Source: Octopus vulgaris (lineage: Eukaryota). Taken from it: a stretch of DNA of 64,000 nucleotides. This document shows, piece after piece, positions 1-12,961 of the stretch. The translations under genes were made by a program, and so were the position numbers. Location of the stretch: assembly GCA_951406725.2 (NCBI GenBank), contig OX597832.1, positions 58,032,001-58,096,000 of the forward strand, given 5' to 3'. Position 1 is the stretch's first letter. Every line of letters starts with the position of its first letter. The notes under the pieces were generated by a model. It had not been told where the DNA came from. It made no database searches and saw only the letters and a program-made list of their open reading frames with translations.

Positions 1-1529
1 ATTACTGACAAACACATGGCCTGCAAATTAGTCTAGTTATTAATGTGAAGTTATGGTTTGGGTTTGTGATTGATTTGAATAGCGAGTGTTAAAAGGTCTT
101 TTCGTGAAATAATGTCAGAACAATCTTGTTTATTTCCCTGTCCGAAGAGAATAACAAGAAGCATTTGTATCTATTCAAATTTTTTTTTTACAGTGGAAGT
201 TTAAAAGTTGTGCTTTAACTACACAACGCATATTAGAAATCAATGTCACATAAATGTGTGTCTGAGTTTATGCACATGTGTGTGTATGTATGTGAGTGTG
301 TGTGTTGTATGCATATGTATGCATGTGCTATTATACACACACACATGTACATACACCCAGACATATTTATTTTACATTGATAGTGTAGGGAAGAGTTTAA
401 TCCGTTTATTTTAAGTATTTTTTTCTTTAGATTTCCCATAACACTCTTCCATGTTTAGTGTAGATGAATTCCATCAGCATTTCCAGATTTTCACGGTCTT
501 ATCTTCTGAATGAAGTGCATGTTATTGGCGCTTAATTTTATTGCCGTATTTTTGCAATAGGTTGCAAAGAACATGAGTATGCTGTTATTACTGATAATGT
601 ATTAATTTCTGGACCTAAAATCAAAGTAGTTATCACCTAAGTAATTTCAGCGGTCATTAGCGGTTCTTAGCTTAATATTAGCACACTATGCCGTGTAGTT
701 TATTTTATATTATGCAATTAATATAGCTGCTATCTGAAATTTTATGAGATTCTACTTAGAGTGGTATATTATCAACTATGCATTTTTTTTATCGAGTTTT
801 CGTTCTTGTTTTCTATATCAATTCGCTATAATGACTTCATGTTGTAATTGCATGGGCAATCGATGAGAAGTTGTCGTACATGTATGACCAACGTAATATT
901 GTGAGTAATGCAGTTAAGTAAACGGATGTTGATTTAATGAATATTAAATGTATCGATATCAAATATGGAAAAGTTAAGTAAAGGTTAAAATAAATATATT
1001 GACAATATTAACCTTTTGACTGTCCAAAACATTTTCATAAGCTTGCTATAAACGTCCCCATGCTTGTCTTCGATTTTATTTAGCCTTTGTTTAATACGTT
1101 CCAAGTTACTATGGTGGTTGAAAAATATTAGAAATCTGTATTATATATGTTGTCTGGACGCCAAGGAAATATGTCCTGTGTATCAGATGTGATACACGAG
1201 ACGAGCAAAAGATTAAAAGCATTAAATGCTAAACAAGTGATTGTTATTGCAGCAACTTTTAAATTGGTGATCGTTCGATAAATAAATGAAAAATTAAAAA
1301 TGCCGAATGGAGGAGTGGTTAGTTTAGGGATATATATTGTTGTGTTGTTTGTTTGTCCATTTTTACATATTATAGAATGTATAGGGTTAAGTTATAATTT
1401 TTTAGGACAGTTTTGTTTTTGGTTGGTGTATTTTTTATTTTAACATGGATTGGAAGTTACCCATATGAGATAATTGGTCGAATTTTTAGGGTTTTATACT
1501 TGTTTTTTAATTCGGCCTATTTAAGATAT

Positions 1530-1965
1530 TAAACATATAATTATTAAATATGTGAATGCTAAATAGTCGAATGTTAAACATTTGAATGCTAAATAAATGA
1601 ATGCTAAGTACAGAAATGTTAAAAACAGGAATAGTAAGTATGCAAATTATAAATGCGTGCACGTCAAATATGTGAATGTTTAATATGAGAATGCTAGATA
1701 CGAGTGTGTTCAATATACCTATATTAATTATTCTAATTAATAACTGAACGTTAACTAATAGATTTGAATATGTGAATGTTAAGCTAGTGAATGCTAAGAA
1801 ATATGAATCTATTTGAGAATGCTAAATCTAAGTATGGGAATGCTAAATACGGGAAGCTTAAGTACGTGTATTGTTAAATATGGGATTGTTAAGTGTGTGA
1901 ATGTTAGGTGTTTCAAAGTTAAATATTGCTGCTAAATAGATGAATATTAAATGTGAATATTAAAC
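1530..1965. repeat. Degenerate ~15-bp minisatellite (consensus ~TGTGAATGYTAAATA)
   Basis: GAATG(C/T)TAAA-type motif recurs at about 15-bp spacing, e.g. aatatgtgaatgctaaatagtcgaatgttaaacatttgaatgctaaataaatgaatgctaag. Confidence 0.75.
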
Positions 1966-2024
1966 TGCGTCAACATGAACCTTCTTGCGACAACGTAGCC
2001 TTTAATCTAATCAAGATATCCTTG

Positions 2025-2440
2025 GGATCTTTTCGGTTTGACCGACAGTTTTTTAAAATAATTTCCACGTAACTAAACACTTTTAAACTTCGTATACTTG
2101 GTAGAATGTGTTTATAAAATATCTTTTTCTCTTGGCTTTATTGAGAAAATTCTATGGTTTGTAAGATATTTGTTGTTTTTTTTTTTCTTCAAATTTCTGC
2201 AATTTCAACCAATCAATGACGTCTATTGAGGTGAAAACATTCTCTGCCGTATGAAAATGTCCCTCGTTTAAGAAACAGATTGGGTTTATGAACATTTCTG
2301 AAGAAAAAAAAGATACCCTCCCCCCACCCCTAACCCTAAAACAAATTGAAATGCAATAGATCGATACTAGGGTCATAATTATGGGTGACAATTTCATATG
2401 ACACCGCTAGAAAAAACTGCCGTTCAAACCGAAAAGATCC
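2025..2440. mobile_element. Non-autonomous DNA transposon (MITE) with GGATC termini, ~30-bp TIR and 8-bp TSD
   Basis: Left end ggatcttttcggtttgaccgacagtttttt is the near-perfect reverse complement of right end aaaaaactgccgttcaaaccgaaaagatcc. Flanks are tatccttg (2017-2024) and tatctttg (2441-2448). Confidence 0.9.
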
Positions 2441-2774
2441 TATCTTTGTTCCTGAAGAGGAGCCGGCGGTATACACCACGCTGGGATTTTACCACTTCTG
2501 AAGTTCCGTTCGCTGTGAAACATGTAATCCGGAATTTTCCTACTCCATTCCGTAACTCTTGTATTCTTTTTCACACACGTGGCAACCCTGGTTGCCTACC
2601 GTGGAATATAAAATAATCCGCAACCTTCTGTCTCAATAAAACACTATTGTCCCTGAAAGTTGATTTTTATATTTACTGCAGATTGCGCGAAGTTAACTTT
2701 CTACATCTCGATCCCGGGATCATTCACACACACACACACACACAAGAACAACAACGAATTAGAGTGGGAGGAGA

Positions 2775-3247
2775 CTAAATGCGGTTCTTCGACCTTTTAG
2801 AAATGACAACTAAATTTCCCTCAAATTGCATACTCTGGTGTCGCAAAGTAAGGAAACTGACTTCAGCTAATGCACGACGAGATGTTAGTAGTTGGAGCGC
2901 CTTTGATCTTAAGTCTGATCGATAACGAACCTGCGGTTAAACAACCACAACATCAGCGAGCCAGTGTGAGAGAACGGCAATTGTATGTGGTCTCTTGACC
3001 AACTAGAAATGGCAGAGATATTTCCCTCAACACATACTGGTAACGCAAAAAAAGGAAGAACGCATCGGTTAATCTAAGTTTGGATGTTGGCATTTAGACT
3101 GCTTCAGATCAGAGCATTTCGATGAGGACTGACCCGGGGCTAAACTACAACATTATCAGAGAACCAGAGAGCGAAGAAAAGACACTGCATGTAGTTTCTC
3201 GATCTGCTAGAACAACAGCTAAATTTCCCTCAAATTACACATACTCC
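2775..3247 (+). repeat. Tandem units (~205 bp) of a dispersed repeat ending ...gacctggggctaaacaacaac; the array continues at 3844-3884 and 5178-5450
   Basis: Recurrent ctcgacc/tgctagaaat..cagctaaatttccctcaa and gggctaaacaacaac motifs. Related fragments occur near 30700-30860, 40300-40380 and (minus strand) 61760-61950. Confidence 0.65.
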
Positions 3248-3832
3248 TTTCTACTATAGGCACAAGACCTGAAATTTGGGGGTGGGGACAAGTCGATTAC
3301 ATTGACCTCAGTACTTGACTGGTACTTATTTCATCAAGCCAAAAAGATGAAAGGCAAAGTCGACCTCAGCGGAATTTGAACTCAGAACGTAGCGGCAAAC
3401 GAAATACCTATTTCTTTACTACCCACAAGGGACTAAACACAGAGAGGACAAACAAGGATAGACAAACGGCCTGAAATTTGGGGGAGGGGACAATTCAATT
3501 ATATCGACCCCGGTGCGAAACTGGTACTTATTTAATCGACCCCGAAAGGATGAAAGGCAAAGTCGACCTCGGCGGAATTTGAACTCAGAACGTAGCGGCA
3601 GCCGAAATACCTATTTCTTTACTACCCACAAGGGGCTAAACATAGAGAGGACAAACAAGGACAGACAAAGGGATTAAGTCGATTACATCGACCCCAGTGC
3701 GTAACTGGTACTTATTTAATCGACCCCGAAAGGATGAAAGGCAAAGTCGACCTCGGCAGAATTTGAACTCAGAACGTAGCTGCAGCCGAAATACCGCTAA
3801 GCATTTCGCCCGGCGCGCTAACAATTTTGCCT
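3248..3832 (-). mobile_element. SINE family B (tRNA-headed octopus-type SINE), tandem multimer of three bodies
   Basis: gaaaggatgaaaggcaaagtcgacctcggcggaatttgaactcagaacgtagc occurs three times, with a B-box-like GAGTTCAAATTC on the minus strand. A 9-bp direct repeat acatactcc flanks it (3239-3247, 3844-3852). Confidence 0.85.
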
Positions 3833-3884
3833 TCTCACATCATACATACTCCGTCTTCAAGAAGCAAACACACATCAGCTGATT

Positions 3885-5177
3885 CAAGGGTTCTCAAACA
3901 TTTTCTTATCTATGGACCCCTTCTATTTTATTCTGTTCCCCCCCCCCCCCCCACCTAGCCATTTGATGTTTCAAAAATACTTCTATTGAAACTTCCTTCA
4001 AAATTCCTATTTTGTTTTCTACACATTAACTTGTGTAGGTTGAACAATGTAAAATGTTAGAGAAAGAAACCCAGCTGTATCTTGCAATATATACCAATGC
4101 ATACGTCTAAAACAAGATTTTTTTCAGGGTCCTTTAAAAATGCTATTGTGGATGCCCAATTTACTATGTTGCTTGCTCAGAAACCCCTTTGATTACTATT
4201 CTATTCTGGTGGACCCCCATAACCATTTAATGTCTAAAAACTAGTTTTATAGAAACCTCTTTCAAAATTCCTATTTTGCTTTCCACACATTTACTTGTGT
4301 CGTTTGGACGATGTAAAATGTTAAAGAAACCCAGCTGTTTCTTGCAATACACACCAATACATACATCCAAAGAAGGGGTTTCCAATCCTTTTTTTATCCA
4401 TGGATCCCTTTGATTCCTATTTTATTCTGGTGGGCTCCCATAGCAATTCGATGTTTAAAAACAAGTTTCATAGAAACTTCTTTCAAAATTCCTATTTTGT
4501 TTTTCACACATTCACTTGGAATGTCGTAACAGAAGAGTCACAGCAAGGGACTTTAGTGGCGCCTGTAACTTTTGGCTCGACATCGCCCTTACAGCACATT
4601 ACAAAGCCGGTGGTGAGGACCGAGGTGTAGGTTGATCTACGTAAAATGCTAGAGAAAGATACCTAGTTGTTTCTTGCAATACATACCAGATCCCTAATTA
4701 GCTATTTTGTTGCATGGACCCCCAATAATCTTATATGGACCCCCACCCGTGGAGGCGCAATGGCCCAGTGGTTAGGGCAGCGAACTCACGGTCATAGGAT
4801 CGCGGTTTCGATTCCCAGACCGAGCGTTGTGAGTGTTTATTGAGCGAAAACACCTAAAGCTCCACGAGGCTCCGGCAGGGGATGGTGGTGATCCCTGCTG
4901 TACTATTTCACCACAACTTTCTCTCACTCTTACTTCCTGTTTCTGTTGTACCTGTATTTCAAAAGGCCGGCCTTGTCACTCTGTGTCACGCTGAATATCC
5001 CCGAGAACTACGTTAAGGGTACACGTGTCTGTGGAGAGCTCAGTCACTTACACGTTAAATTCACGAGCAGGCTGTTCCGTTGATTCGGATCAACCGGAAC
5101 CCTCGTCGTCGTGACCGACGGAGTGCTTTCATATATGGACCCCCAGGGGCCGTATGGACTCCGGTTGAGAATCACTA
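3885..5177. mobile_element. hAT (Charlie-like) non-autonomous element with three internal ~220-bp repeats, carrying a nested SINE
   Basis: Ends caagggttctcaaac / ggttgagaatcacta resemble CAGTGGTTCTCAAAC-type hAT TIRs. The block ttcaaaattcctattttg...gtaaaatgttagagaaag repeats three times. No clean TSD is visible. Confidence 0.65.
4746..5131 (+). mobile_element. SINE family C (tRNA-derived head), full length with 14-bp TSD
   Basis: A box tggcccagtgg, B box ggtttcgattcc, and a 3' double hairpin (ttccgttgat..atcaaccggaa; cgtcg..cgacg). TSD tatatggaccccca at 4732-4745 and 5132-5145. Confidence 0.9.
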
Positions 5178-6009
5178 GTCTCGATGAACATATTTGATCA
5201 TCGGTCTGTCTGTTCGATAAGGAGTGATTTGGGATTATACAACAGCAACGAACCCAAGTGGGAGCAAGATGACTTCAGCGGGCCTCTCGATCTGTTAAAA
5301 ATAGCACCTAAAGTCACCACAAATCACACATACTTCCACCTTCAAGGAGTTAAGACAAGTCTGTTGTACATTTGGATGTTCGCAGTTAGAACGCCTTTGA
5401 TTAGAGAACCATCGCATGAGGACTGGCCTGGGCTAAACAACAACAACTACTGCTACTGCAACATTCGTCTCGGGTTTTATATTTTTCATTTAAAAAATTT
5501 TTTTTTTGTTATTTTTATTTTTGCCGAATAGGTTAGTAAGGTAATTTGAAATGCGAAGTAATAATCTTACGATCGATTTCCAGATAGCTCTTCTACCGAA
5601 TCTTGGAGTAAAAAAAAAAAGAAAAAAACCCCGCCACCCCACCCCCACCACCTTCCATCCGCAACGCTCCCACCCAACGTTTATTAGAGAGGAAAAAAAA
5701 AACAAACAAAAACAAACAACACAAACCCAACAACAAAACGAAAAAAATAAAGCAAACAAAAAAAAAGAAATAACAGTTAAAAATCAATTAAAAACATAGG
5801 TAAAAAACCCACCAAAACAAAACAAAACAAATGAGAAAATAATGTATTACACAGAAGTCAACAAAAATAATTAATTAACTGCGAAGAAATGAGGATATGG
5901 AAGGGCAGTGGTGGGTGGGGGTGTATATGATGAGGGGGTGAGGACTGAGGAGCGGAAGGAGGAGGGTGAGGGTTGAAGGGCGGTGGGTGGTGGGGAAGGA
6001 TGCATGCAA

Positions 6010-7220
6010 AATAGTGGTGGCGTGAGTAGCTTATAATAGTAGCAGCGGTGGTTGTGGTGACGAGGGTGTGTGTAAGGTTTGGGCAGCAGTAGTAGTAGTA
6101 GCGGTGGTGGAGGTAGTAGTAGTAGTGATGTTGATAGAAGTGGTATTGGTGATGGTGTTAGTTGTGGTGGTGGTGGTATAGTAGTATTGGTGTTAGTAGT
6201 TGTAGTGGTGGTGGTGCTGTAGTAGTATGGTAGTGGTACTAGTAGTAGTAATAGTAGTAACAGCAGCAGTGGCGGTGGTAGTGGTGGTTTGGTGGAACTG
6301 GTAGAGATATGTAGTAGTAGTAGTAGTAATAGTAGTGTTGGTGGTAGTGGTTGTAGTGGTGGTGATGGGGGTTGTAGTGGCAGGGGCGGTGGTGGAGTCG
6401 TGACAAAAGAAAGAGGATCTTTTGGAGAGGGAGGGAAGGGTGGGTGCGTTGTGGTGTGTTAATGGTGACGGTGGAGGTGACGGAGATGGTGACGATGATG
6501 GTGGTGGTCATAAGGATGATGATGAGGATAGCGATGACGTCATGATGATGATGATGATGGCAATGATGTTGACGATGATGGTGATAGTGGTCATGATGAT
6601 ACTGATGATGACGATGGTGGTGGTGGTGGTATCAATGGTAGTGGTGAGAGTGTTGTTATTGGTGGTGGTGGAGGTGCTGGAGACATGTTGTGATGTTACT
6701 GGTGCTAATTGTAGAAGCTGTAGTGGTGGTGGTGGTGGTTCTGACCCTAATGGTCGTGGTGTTGATGATGACGAGTGGTGGCGCTGGTGCTGCCACTGAC
6801 GAGGGAAGGCTGTTGATGGTGTTTTGTAAAGAGGTGGTGGTGTCGAGTGACATTCGGCTGATGGTGTTGGTGGCGATGGCGATACTGATCGTGGTGGTGG
6901 TGGTGGTGGTAGCAGTGGTACTGATGGAGGACGTGGTGGAGGAGGTGGTATAGGCTGAGACTCAGCTCATGGTGACGTTAGCGTTGGTGTAGGTGATGCT
7001 GGTGTTGATGATGATGATGGTGGTGGTGGTGGAGATGAGGATGATGTCGATGGTGGAGATAATAGTCGTAGTGGTGATGGTGGTGGTGATAGTGATGCTG
7101 ATGCTGCTGCTGATTGGTGGTGGTGATAATCATAACAACGATGGAGGTGATGCTGACGATGATAATGATGATGATGATCACGAGATGTTGGTAGCAGCGG
7201 CGGCGGCGGCGGTTGTTATT
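6010..7220. repeat. Compound degenerate trinucleotide tract (GGT/TAG/GAT)n
   Basis: Visible directly. It produces the poly-V/M/H/T ORFs. Confidence 0.9.
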
Positions 7221-7771
7221 TTTCGGCATTGATTTCTTCTACGCATGCGTGCGAATTGATGCGAGAGGTGTGATGACTAGTTTATTTGAAGTGGGTGAAC
7301 GATAAGAAGAGTTGTGGAATCCAGCGTGAGATACAATCGCTCTGATAATTTGGCAGTTTTAGTTTTTCTTGGAGATTTCCAAGACCTGAAGTGCTGATAT
7401 TAACTCGCTTGATCTCAATTGATCTGTTATCGGATCTAAAGAGGGAGTGATACGTTTCGTCCCCAAACTTCTGAAATATGCCCGCCTCGATAAATGATTA
7501 AAAAGGGTAAAAAAAGATAAAATAGATAAAAAATAAAAAAAAAAAGTGAAAAATAGAAAAATAAGGAATAAAAAAAAAATATGCTACACTGTTAAAATAG
7601 TGCAGCGAGTTTAAACAGATGGAAGTTAAGCAACATCTCCGATACCGCAATCCCGCCATACGCCAATTCCGACGCCGCCCCGCTCGGCCCGGCTGTAATT
7701 GCACTTTATAATGATGTCTTCTATTCAAGTGGCTTGCAAACAAACCTATCTCTTGCTGCAATGCAACTATA

Positions 7772-7774
<3 letters not shown>

Positions 7775-7817
<43 letters not shown>

Positions 7818-8010
7818 AATACACACACACACATATATACATACACATATATATATATATATAAATACACACACACACATATATACATACACATATATAT
7901 ATATATATAAACATACACATATATATATATACACATATATATATACACACACACACATATATATAGACACACACACATATATAGACACACACACATATAT
8001 AGACACACAC

Positions 8011-8041
<31 letters not shown>

Positions 8042-8262
8042 TATATAGATATATATACACACACACATATATAGATATATATACACACACACATATATAG
8101 ATATATATACACACACTCATATATAGATATATATACACACACTCATATATAGATATATATACACACACTCATATATAGATATATATACACACACATATAT
8201 AGATATATATACACACACATATATAGATATATATACACACACACACACACATATATATACAC
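7775..8262. repeat. (CA)n/(TA)n compound microsatellite with ~26-bp higher-order units
   Basis: Visible directly. Confidence 0.9.
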
Positions 8263-8325
8263 ATCTTTGCATATGTACAGGCATACAAGTGTATGCAGAT
8301 GCATGCCTATGCATACATGTTAAGG

Positions 8326-8637
8326 AGCACTCCGTCGGTTACGACGACGAGGGTCCCAGCTGATCCGGATGAACGGAACAGCTTGCTCGTGAAATTAACG
8401 TGCAAGTGGCTGAGTACTCCACAGACATGTGTAACCGTAACGTAGTCCTCCGGGGAGATTCAGCGTGACACAGAGTGTGACAAAACAGGCCCTTTGAAAT
8501 ACAGGTACTACTCATTTTTGCCGACTGAAGCAATGTGAAATAAAGTGTCTTGCTCAAGGACACAACCCATCGCCTGAAATTGAACTCACGACCTTTCGAT
8601 CGGGAGCAGAATACACTAACCACTAAGCTATGCACCT
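8326..8637 (-). mobile_element. SINE family C copy
   Basis: Starts with gcactccgtcggttacgacgacgaggg (reverse complement of the family C tail). The tRNA-like head is at ~8570-8637. Confidence 0.85.
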
Positions 8638-8653
8638 TAACTATGCATGTATG

Positions 8654-8695
<42 letters not shown>

Positions 8696-9780
8696 TGCAT
8701 GCATGTATATATATATCTGTGTGTGTTCCTGTGTCTGGGCTTTGTCCACCGCTACGGCCTGACAACTTGTTGGTGTGTTTACGTCTCTGTAACCTAGCGG
8801 TTCGGCAAAAGTGTTCAAAGTAAGTACAAGACTTCAAACGGTAAGCCCTTGTGTCGATTTGTTCGACTAAAAACCCTTCAAGGCGGTGCCCCAGCATGGC
8901 TGCATTCGCATGACAGAAACAAGTGAAAGATAAGATATGTAAAGAAGACAGAAAATGGAGAAATATCGATGGACAACTATTGACTTACATCAATTATTAT
9001 TTATTAATTGAATACAAATAAACTGCATTCCATCTAACCTTATACTGTCTGGGGTCTTGGGTAAGAGTCATTTTATATTAGCCTTAGGTCGACCACATAC
9101 TTCCTGAGTGAAATTCTCTTGACGGAAACTGTATAGAAGCGCGCCTGGTTGATTGTACTGTGCCACGTTGATTTTACCCGAGATGGATACAATTCAAAGC
9201 CATACTGAAAAGCTTTGGGGTCAACCCTCGATACCTGTCTTACTTGACGAAGCTGCACCAGAAGGGGATTGCAGAGGCACAATGAAAACGCGAACTGTGC
9301 TAATTCCAGAACCAACACCTTACCTTAAGTCTCAGCAGAGCACCGGGGCCTCACCTGTGGTAGATCCCTTCCGAGCACACGTCGGACTGATTGGCCACAG
9401 CTGGACATATCATGCCCCGTCTTCGACCCCCATGGCATGTCTTGGTCAAATTCGACAGCGATGTACGAACTAATAATACATGAGAATTTCGTTAATGGCA
9501 CACACATCTGCGGAATATTCAGCCACTTATACGTTAATTCGTTCAACGAGAAAGTGATTCAACCGATCGAACAACTGACGGAGATCCTCACTTTCACGAC
9601 ATAGTTATATACAAATATGCATGCATACATACATACATACATGCATACATACATACATATATTATATTCATGCATACATATATTCATGCATACATATATT
9701 CATACATGATGATGGCTGTCGTCTCGTTAAACGCTAGTGATCATGGCTGACTAAATAAAGTGTACCACAACATAACATGT

Positions 9781-9942
9781 TGTTAGAAGGACAACGGGTC
9801 TTTGAATCCGGCCAGTGATTTACAGTACTTGTTGCAGATTCGAATACTCTCAGAAATTCTGACTTCTTGGTTGTTTTGGATCATTCGGACGATTTTCTCT
9901 ATGCACCCTCATGGTCTAGATAAACCCGAGTGATTTACACAC
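9781..9942 (+). repeat. ~165-bp interspersed repeat, direct-repeat copy 1 (copy 2 at 10890-11053)
   Basis: tgttagaaggacaacgggtctttgaatccggccagtgatttacag... is near-identical at both sites. Confidence 0.85.
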
Positions 9943-9957
9943 ACATTATATACACAC

Positions 9958-10026
<69 letters not shown>

Positions 10027-10889
10027 GGAGTTTCTTGCTCAAGAACACAACATGCAGTCTGGTCCGGGATTTGAACTCACAACCTCACGATCGTAATCTC
10101 GACGCCCTAACCACCGAGCCATGCGCCTTCATACACACACAAAAATATATATATTATAAAAGATAATATTTCCGAAGCGTAGATTCCTGTCTACCAAACC
10201 CACTCATATGGCTTTGGTCGGCCTGAAGCTATAGTAGAAGATACTTGCTGAAGATGCCACGCAAGGGGTGCGAACCCTGAACCATGTGGTTGGGAAGCAA
10301 GCTTTTTACCAGATAGCCATACCTGTATAAAATTATAATGCTTCCACCACCACCAACAACAACAACCAACAACAACAACATCAACATCATCTCTTTCGCT
10401 ACCACAACCAATACCACTGCTAGCACAACCATCAAAGCCATTATAGCCATAAAAGGAGAACACCATCACCAATAAGAACCAGCATCGTTTCAGCACCGTC
10501 AGAGATCCATTATCAACATGATCATCATCATCACAACTCGAACCACGACCACCATCATCATCAACAACAGCAGCCGTTACCATTGTAATAGTTTCCAAAT
10601 CAAAACGGGAATTCCAACGTGATTTTCCAGCTAAGTTTGGAATTTCGCTGCAAAGTCTCTATCAACAATTATCCTATGATGTCTCAAAACGTAAACGATG
10701 AAGGATGATTTAAGTCTTAACTATGAAGGGAGGAGAATACTCGGCATAACTCCTTTCTGCGTAATCATCGCAATGGTGTGCTTTTGGAATGTTCGTGTGA
10801 GTATACAAAATGAAATTTTTTTGCCTTCCTTCCTTTTACTGGTCTTAGTCATTGGAATGCGGCGATTGTAGGGTACCGCCTTGCAAGGT

Positions 10890-11052
10890 TGTTAGAAGGA
10901 CAACGGGTCTTTGAATCCGGCCAGTGATTTACAGAACTTGCTGCAGTTTCGAATATTCTCAAAAATTCTGACTTCTTGGTTGTTTCGGATAATTCGGACA
11001 ATTTTGTGCAGTGCACCCTTCATGGCCTAGATAATCTCGGGCGATTTCCACT

Positions 11053-11053
<1 letters not shown>
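10890..11053 (+). repeat. ~165-bp interspersed repeat, direct-repeat copy 2
   Basis: Aligns by eye with 9781-9942. Confidence 0.85.
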
Positions 11054-11091
<38 letters not shown>

Positions 11092-11875
11092 GAGAATCTG
11101 TTTTGGGGTTTGAAACTGTACCTGGATCTCAAAACGTGTAGTCGTTTTAAAGGCTATAGTAGAAGACACTTGCCCAAGATACCACGCAGTGGGACTGAAC
11201 CCGGAACCATGTGGCTGGTTATCAAGCTACTTACCACACATTGCATGCGGGCGTACCTACCTATCTATAGGCATGGTTGTGTGGTAAGAATCATCCAAGA
11301 TCGATAAAGTAAGTTTCCACAGCGAGAAACAGCTTCTTCAGTCAAATCCAACCGAAGAAGCGGCTGAATGCCGTGGAAACTACAGTGTAACAAGTTTACG
11401 GATCGGCTCAGATATATTCTACACTTTACTTTCGTATTGAGTACTACTTTATTGAATGATTATTTAACAACGCAATGGCGGTGCCCCAGCATGGCCACAG
11501 CTCGTGAGCTGAAACTAGATAAAATAAAAAATAAAATATATGTGCGTGCATATGTATTTAGTATGTATATATGTATGAATTAGTGTGTGTGTGTGAGAGG
11601 GAGAGAGAGAGAAAGAGAGAGTGAGAGAGAGAGAGCGTGAATAGGCTTTTCTCTCTTTCTCTTTTTGTTATCCCCTTTACCTCTCTATTTTTGGCTTTCC
11701 CGCTCACTCCCTCCACCTCTGCAGAGTTTCTCTTGGGTTTTTTTTCTGCCCTCACCAATTTGCTCCTCCCTCTAACCCGCCACCACTACCATCACCACGA
11801 CCACCATCTCCGCCTCCTATCCTTTGGAACCTGATTTCTATCATTGCCTCATACACCGCTGCCAACATAACCACC

Positions 11876-11922
<47 letters not shown>

Positions 11923-11923
11923 A

Positions 11924-11954
<31 letters not shown>

Positions 11955-12622
11955 ACTACACCAGAACCACAGAAATATTCGCTTCGCTGAACCCTTCGTC
12001 TCGAAACCTTGGGGGTTAAAAATATCTGCCATGAAAATATTTCACCAGACGGCGTTGTTGACCAGCTTCCGCTGACAATCTCACAATCTAGCAATATTTG
12101 CCACAGTTAGAGAACCACACACACACACACACACACGCATAGACACACACATGCACGCATTCTGACATTGATGCAAGCTCTAGGCGTACACGAACTCACA
12201 CGAGTGTATAAATGTACACACCAGGAATCTAAATATATGAATAGAATAACTCAAAAATTTATACACGGCTAAGAGCATGTACACACACACACCTCTCTCT
12301 CTTTCTCTCTCTCTCACACACACACACACATACATACACGTGTACACACAAACATACATGTATATTTTATTTGCATATATTCATGTGTAGGCATATTTGT
12401 GTATATCTCTGTATGTACATGCATATATATATATATATATATATATATACGCATATATATATTAATAATAATAATAAAATAAAAGAATGAGACATCCATA
12501 TTATGTAAATAGAGGAAGTGTCCCATACTATATATATATATATATATATATAATAATAATAGTAATAATAATAATAAGATAACAAAAGAATGAGACCTCG
12601 ATATTATGTAGAGGAATTGCCC

Positions 12623-12659
<37 letters not shown>

Positions 12660-12698
12660 TTGTGCGTGTGAGTGTGTGTATGTATATATAATAGATAG

Positions 12699-12748
<50 letters not shown>

Positions 12749-12926
12749 CTGTATGTATGTCTGAGAGGGAGAGAGAGGGAGAGGGGGAGAGAGAGAATCG
12801 GCAAAAAATATATTCGCAAAACACAAATCAAAATGCGTTTCGATGCATTGTCCCTCAATAAATAATATTGCATTCCCTCATTTGAAAATCCAGCAACACA
12901 CACACACATACACATAAACATGCATG

Positions 12927-12961
<35 letters not shown>

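Noticed and set aside
2330-2340. taaccctaaa, telomere-like
   Set aside because: Only one to two units, inside a MITE; not an interstitial telomere array.
2450-2645. CTGAAGA...GAAACATGTA hammerhead-like spacing followed by AATAAA
   Set aside because: No convincing stem I or cleavage register could be drawn. At most a heavily decayed remnant.
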